A DNA stretch of 63,701 bases, the filler included, from Folioceros fuciformis (taxonomy: Eukaryota): the NCBI GenBank assembly GCA_049999805.1. It is 15 parts of 15 records of this genome, joined end to end, with 100 filler letters (N's around TTAATTAATTAA, not from the genome) between each part and the next. Parts side by side here need not be neighbours in the genome. Positions count along the whole stretch, not along the records: positions 59,206 to 61,680 come from JBNGIO010006721.1; positions 61,781 to 63,701 come from JBNGIO010006725.1; 13 more parts are not named here. One strand, written 5' to 3'. Numbering within the stretch: position 1 is the first letter of the stretch; each line of letters starts with the position of its first letter. The notes beneath the pieces were generated by a model that made no database searches, was not told the origin of the DNA, and saw only the letters and a list, made by a program, of their open reading frames with translations. Shown piece by piece: positions 59,206 to 63,701 of the stretch. The position numbers were made by a program, and so were the translations under genes.

Positions 59206-61596
59206 TGAACACCGGCAGCTAACATCTCCTCAAAACAAGCTAGCGCCTTGCGACCTTCATCACAAGCACCATACCCAGCAATCAGGGCTGTCCATGTAAC
59301 CACATTCTTTGTGTTCATGCTGTCAAAAACCTGGCGAGCATCTTCCAGCTCACCACATTTTGCATACATGTCCACCAAGCAGGTTCCCACCACAACATCA
59401 TCCAGCACACCTCTGTTGACAATCAGTGAGTGCAGCTCCCTGCCCTTCTGCAAGGCACCAGTGCTTCCACACGCCTTCAGAATGCACGCAAAAGTCACAT
59501 CATCGGCCAAAACGAAGCCTGCCTCCTCCATCTGTCCATACACAACAAGTGCCTGTTGGCCGAGTCCTTGCCGAGCATACCCAGCGATCATGGCTGTCCA
59601 TGTCACCACATCCTTCGAGGCCATGCCGTCCAAAACCTGGCGGGCACATTGCAGCTCACCACATTTTGCATACATGTCCACCAGGCAGTTTCCCACCACC
59701 ATATTATCCAGCAGTTCTCTTTCGACAATCTGTGAGTGAAGCTCCCTGCCCTTCTGCAAGGCACCAGTGCTTCCACACGCCTTCAGAAGGCAAGCAAAAG
59801 TAACACAGTCAGCCAAAACCAGGCCTGCCTGCTCCATCTGTCCATACACAACAAGGGCCTCTTCACCGAGTCCTTGCTGTGAATACCCAGCGATCATGGC
59901 TGTCCAGGTCACCACATCCTTCGAGGCCATGCCGTCGAAAACCTGGCGGGCACATTCCAGCTCACCGCATTTTGCATACATGTCCACAAGGCAGTTTCCG
60001 ACCACTATATTATCCAGCAAACCTCTCTTGACAATCTGTGAGTGAAGCTCCCTGCCCTTCGGCAAGGCACCAGTGCTTGCACACGCCTTCAAAAGGCACG
60101 CAAAAGTAACATCATTAGCCAAAACGAGACCTGCCTCCTCCATCTGTCGATACACAACAAGCGCCTCTTCGCCGAGTCCTTGTTGNNNNNNNNNNNNNNN
60201 NNNNNNNNNNNNNNNNNNNNNNNNNNNNNNNNNNNNNNNNNNNNNNNNNNNNNNNNNNNNNNNNNNNNNNNNNNNNNNNNNNNNNGCCTGCCTGCTCCAT
60301 CTGTCCATACACAACAAGTGCCTCTTCGCCGAGTCCTTGTTGTGCATACCCAGCGATCAGGGAATTCCATGTCACCACATCCTTCGTGTTCATGCTATCA
60401 AAAACCTGGCGTGCATCTTTCATTCGGCCACATTTTGCATACATGTCCACCAAGCAGTTGTTAGCAAACAAGTCAGTACGGAAGCCACTGCGCACCAAAT
60501 CGCGGTGCACTGTTCTGCCAGACTCTAAGTCGGCAGCAAATGCACAAGCTTGAAGCGCGGCTACAAAGACATAACCATTCGCCTTCACTTCTGACCTACG
60601 CATTTCATGGTACAGTTGTATGGCCTCCTTCGGCTTCCCGTGCTTAGCATGTGCAGAGATTATGGAAAACCACATGAAGACATCCGGTTTCCCTACCCTG
60701 TTGAACACATCCATTGCCTCCTTTAGCCTACCTCCGCATGCATACATGCGCAAGATATGGTTCCCCAAATATGCATTCGACTCGTACCCAAGTTTGACTG
60801 TGAGATCATGAACTCGTCGCCCCACCACCAAATCCTTCTTAGCCGTACAGAGTTTTAACACTGTGTAAAACAGAGACTGAGAAACGCCAGAGCCTGACTG
60901 CACCAGACATTCCAGGGCTCCAACGGCCTCAGAAAGCTTCCCCTGATGACATAACATGCTCACGCTTGCAGCAGTTACGACGTCCGTTTCCAATTCTGCA
61001 CACCTGCCAGATCCACGCTTATACAGAGAGCTGCACTCGAAAGAAGAAACTCCATGGCCCATTGGATGTGGAACTGCTGGGTTTCTTACACTGCTGCCCC
61101 TGGAGCCCATTTCACCACCTGTACGCCTTCCAGGTTCAGGATTATCTGGAGAGCTCAAGTTGGAAGCAGAGGAACCGAGACCCATCTGCATATCCAAGGA
61201 GACGAGCTGCTCATCAACCCAAGCTGGCTTAAACCTGTTGTCCAACCACAGCACCTCGCCGGACCCCTTACGCCGGAAGTGAGGGGAACGGGAGCTCTTC
61301 TTGTCTCGTCTGTTATCCCACCACATGGTAGGATCCAGAAAAAGTTGTTGCCACAAGTGCTCCTGCTGCTCCTGGAAACTACCAGCATCGTCGATTAACC
61401 TGTCCCTTCCCACACACGTTCTCGTTCTCGGAGGTGGAAGTGCTGGGTTCCTGACACTCCTGCACCTGGAGGCTTTGTTTGCAAAGGGTTCAGTCCCGAA
61501 GCTCAGGTGAGCGGGGGTTCCTGGTAGAGTCCTTGTACACCCACCAATTCCAATTTGTTGGGTCCACAACAGGTCCGGTTGCCATACTGTGGCCAT
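59206..61596 (-). CDS. PLS-class PPR protein with an N-terminal OSB-type PDF motif; 3' truncated, 100-N gap inside
   Basis: ATG 61596; LWQQLFLDPTMWWDNRRDKKSSRSPHFRRKGSGEVLWLD...PAWV at 61204-61356 in the same ORF as P-L-S repeats; near-identical 306-bp triplets at 59206-60185. Confidence 0.9.
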
Positions 61597-61780
61597 CTTT
61601 CAGGGACCGCTGTCGGAAGATGACTCTCACAAAAGTCTCGTCTAGGCAGATCCCCGGCCGGGTACACTGTACGTATGTACNNNNNNNNNNNNNNNNNNNN
61701 NNNNNNNNNNNNNNNNNNNNNNNNTTAATTAATTAANNNNNNNNNNNNNNNNNNNNNNNNNNNNNNNNNNNNNNNNNNNN

Positions 61781-63168
61781 CTTTGACGGAGGATTTGGTG
61801 CACATTGAGGATCTTCATTAGCTTGGGGACCCAAAGGTGGCCTACGACATCCTCTCCACCTGCTTTGCGTGACGCCCTGGGTACCTCATCCACACGGTGC
61901 CTCCATCCCTAGATTTTCTTTCCATTTTGAGGGGCTTTGACAAGCAAGTATTGAAGGAATTATAAGACATTGTCTGGGTTCATTCAATTATACTGCAACT
62001 GATTTGGCTAGAAGACAAGCATCCTTACCCATTGCTTTGGGCGGTATTGGGCTATTGGCCATAGATGCCTCGGCGCGAGCTACTTTTCTTGGTAGTTGGG
62101 CACTTTCTATCCCAACTTTAGTAACTCTCTTCTCCATAAAAAACTCGGGCATTTTGGAGGGTTTTGTCACAGGAGTTGAGGAGGGGCCATTCCCCCTCCA
62201 GGAGGGCCTAAGATCTCTTATCCTCACAAGCCCGATTGGTCATGCCTTCTTTTTCCTTCTTCCTTTGTGGGGGTATGAGGGGGCTTCAGGCCCCTCATAC
62301 CCCCCTCAACCCTCATAGGCAAGAGCTGCAGGCCCTTATGCTAGATTCCTCCATTAACAAGCAGGCCTAGGCCCACCTTTGATCTTGTTTGGGGAAGGGC
62401 GTCGGCGCTTGGCTGTTGGCCTATCCATGCATTTAGGCTTTCCAAATCGCATCAGATTCTTTATCTACCGCGATGAGGTTCTGCCTTGGCATGGTCTCTC
62501 TCTTCTTGTAGCTGTGGGGTCCCCCTCGACGACCCCGGAGGCCACCTCGTACGTTGCCCTATTGGCGGGCAGCGTATCGCCACCCATAATGCAGTGAGGG
62601 ACGTTATGTTTTCTTTAGCCAAAGAGGGTGGCTTCTTCCCTTGTAAGGAGTGCCCATATACCTTGCTAAATGGCATCTCCCTCATTACAGACCTTTTCCT
62701 AACCAAGGAGGACCAGGTTTCTATAGCGGATGTGGTGGTCACAGACCCCGCTCGGACAGCCATCAGCGAGCAGATCGTTATCAACCTCCAAGGTGGGCGG
62801 CAAAAGAAAGTGTGACAAGGAAGACTTGCAAGTACAAGGCCATGTAGCAGGGTCACTTGTTCATCCCCCTTGCTATTGAAATGCATGGGGCCATGGGTAA
62901 GGATCTTTCCAGGTTTCTGAAGACATGTGTGAAGGCCCATCACGTTAGCAGGAGCGGCATAGGGCTTCCCCCATCTAGCGTGGTGGGATTTTTCTGGCAA
63001 CGGGTTTTGATTGCGCTACAAAAGGCCTTGGAAAACGCGATTTTTTGGACAACATTAAGCGCGGTGAATGTGGCTTTAGTGGCCCCGGTGGTAAGGCCAT
63101 ACCTTATACCGGAATGTGATATCTTAGGGGCGATACGGAGTTACAGGCAAGATGGACGAGGGGGTTAG
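61781..63168 (+). mobile_element. 3' part of a restriction-like-endonuclease non-LTR retrotransposon (CRE-like), degenerate
   Basis: RQASLPIALGGIGL (RT thumb), CSCG...GHLVRCPIGGQRIATHNAVRD (CCHC and RHN-like), ITDLFL...IADVVVTDP, K.CKY, FIPLAIEMHGAMG, QRVLIALQK. Confidence 0.8.
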
Positions 63169-63701
63169 GCCCCCATTCTTGGCTTTTTCCCATTGTAGGT
63201 TGTTCCCCTTATCACAGGGTAGATGGAACTTCCATCTCTTTTTTTCTATAAAGTCTTCAAGTTTCCTTCCACCACCATTCTAGTTGAAGATTGCTTGAAA
63301 TTCAATGCATCCATCTATGGTTCTAATCCATGACCTAGACACATAATAATGAACCAAGGGAGTAGTGGATATTCGGCATCTCCCCAATTATGTACTCTCG
63401 TATTGCTTACCCATTCACAATTGAAGTTGGTTTTGCTAAATGTTGCCTTCATTAGCTAGCTTATAAAATTCACTGTTGTACAAAATCCCCGTATCATTTG
63501 CTGCACGGGCTACCTTGTCAAGACATCCAACATGATTGTGGTCCATCTTCAAATATGGTTTAAAGCAATCCTGCCAATTCAAAATAGAGTATTTTTTCTA
63601 AAATACTAATTTATCTATGCATAAAATATAATTAAAAATGTAGAAAAGACTATAATGGAACCGCTATCCAAGACGTACGTTCTCTCCCGCTTCGCTTCGA
63701 G

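Noticed and set aside
1-63701. Treating all genes in the window as one functional cluster; rRNA/tRNA genes
   Set aside because: Window is a concatenation; only three joins are supported by sequence. No RNA gene was recognised; PBS motifs are tRNA complements only.

Overview
Plant nuclear DNA, most consistent with a non-seed vascular plant such as a fern (inference from long PLS-type PPR genes and a four-intron legumin-like gene). It is not one locus but 15 assembly fragments joined by artificial N44-TTAATTAATTAA-N44 linkers: 1-3406, 3507-6913, 7014-14934, 15035-21942, 22043-26966, 27067-36339, 36440-38634, 38735-42305, 42406-45385, 45486-46857, 46958-52152, 52253-55251, 55352-59105, 59206-61680, 61781-63701. 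Several fragments can be re-joined by exact 47-48 bp end overlaps or a split target-site duplication. Genes: germin-like proteins (two alleles of one gene plus two paralogs lacking a metal-ligand His), legumin-like bicupins, a poly-Q VQ-like C-terminus, a decayed cyclin-D1-binding-protein homolog, two PLS-class PPR genes, PDCD2, a P4-ATPase, SGS3, a GT37 fucosyltransferase, an atypical tyrosine phosphatase and a pectin methylesterase start. Mobile DNA: L1-type LINEs, a MULE transposase, chromovirus-type Gypsy elements, a gag/PBS remnant and a CRE-like RLE retrotransposon. Most notable: (1) a PPR protein carrying an N-terminal OSB-type PDF single-stranded-DNA-binding motif bracketed by a direct repeat; (2) a Gypsy family whose LTRs end AGT...ACT instead of TG...CA and whose gag and pol are separated by a conserved in-frame stop; (3) alternating legumin/His-less germin genes; (4) a PTP with coordinated active-site substitutions. 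All family assignments are by motif recognition from memory; no database search was run.
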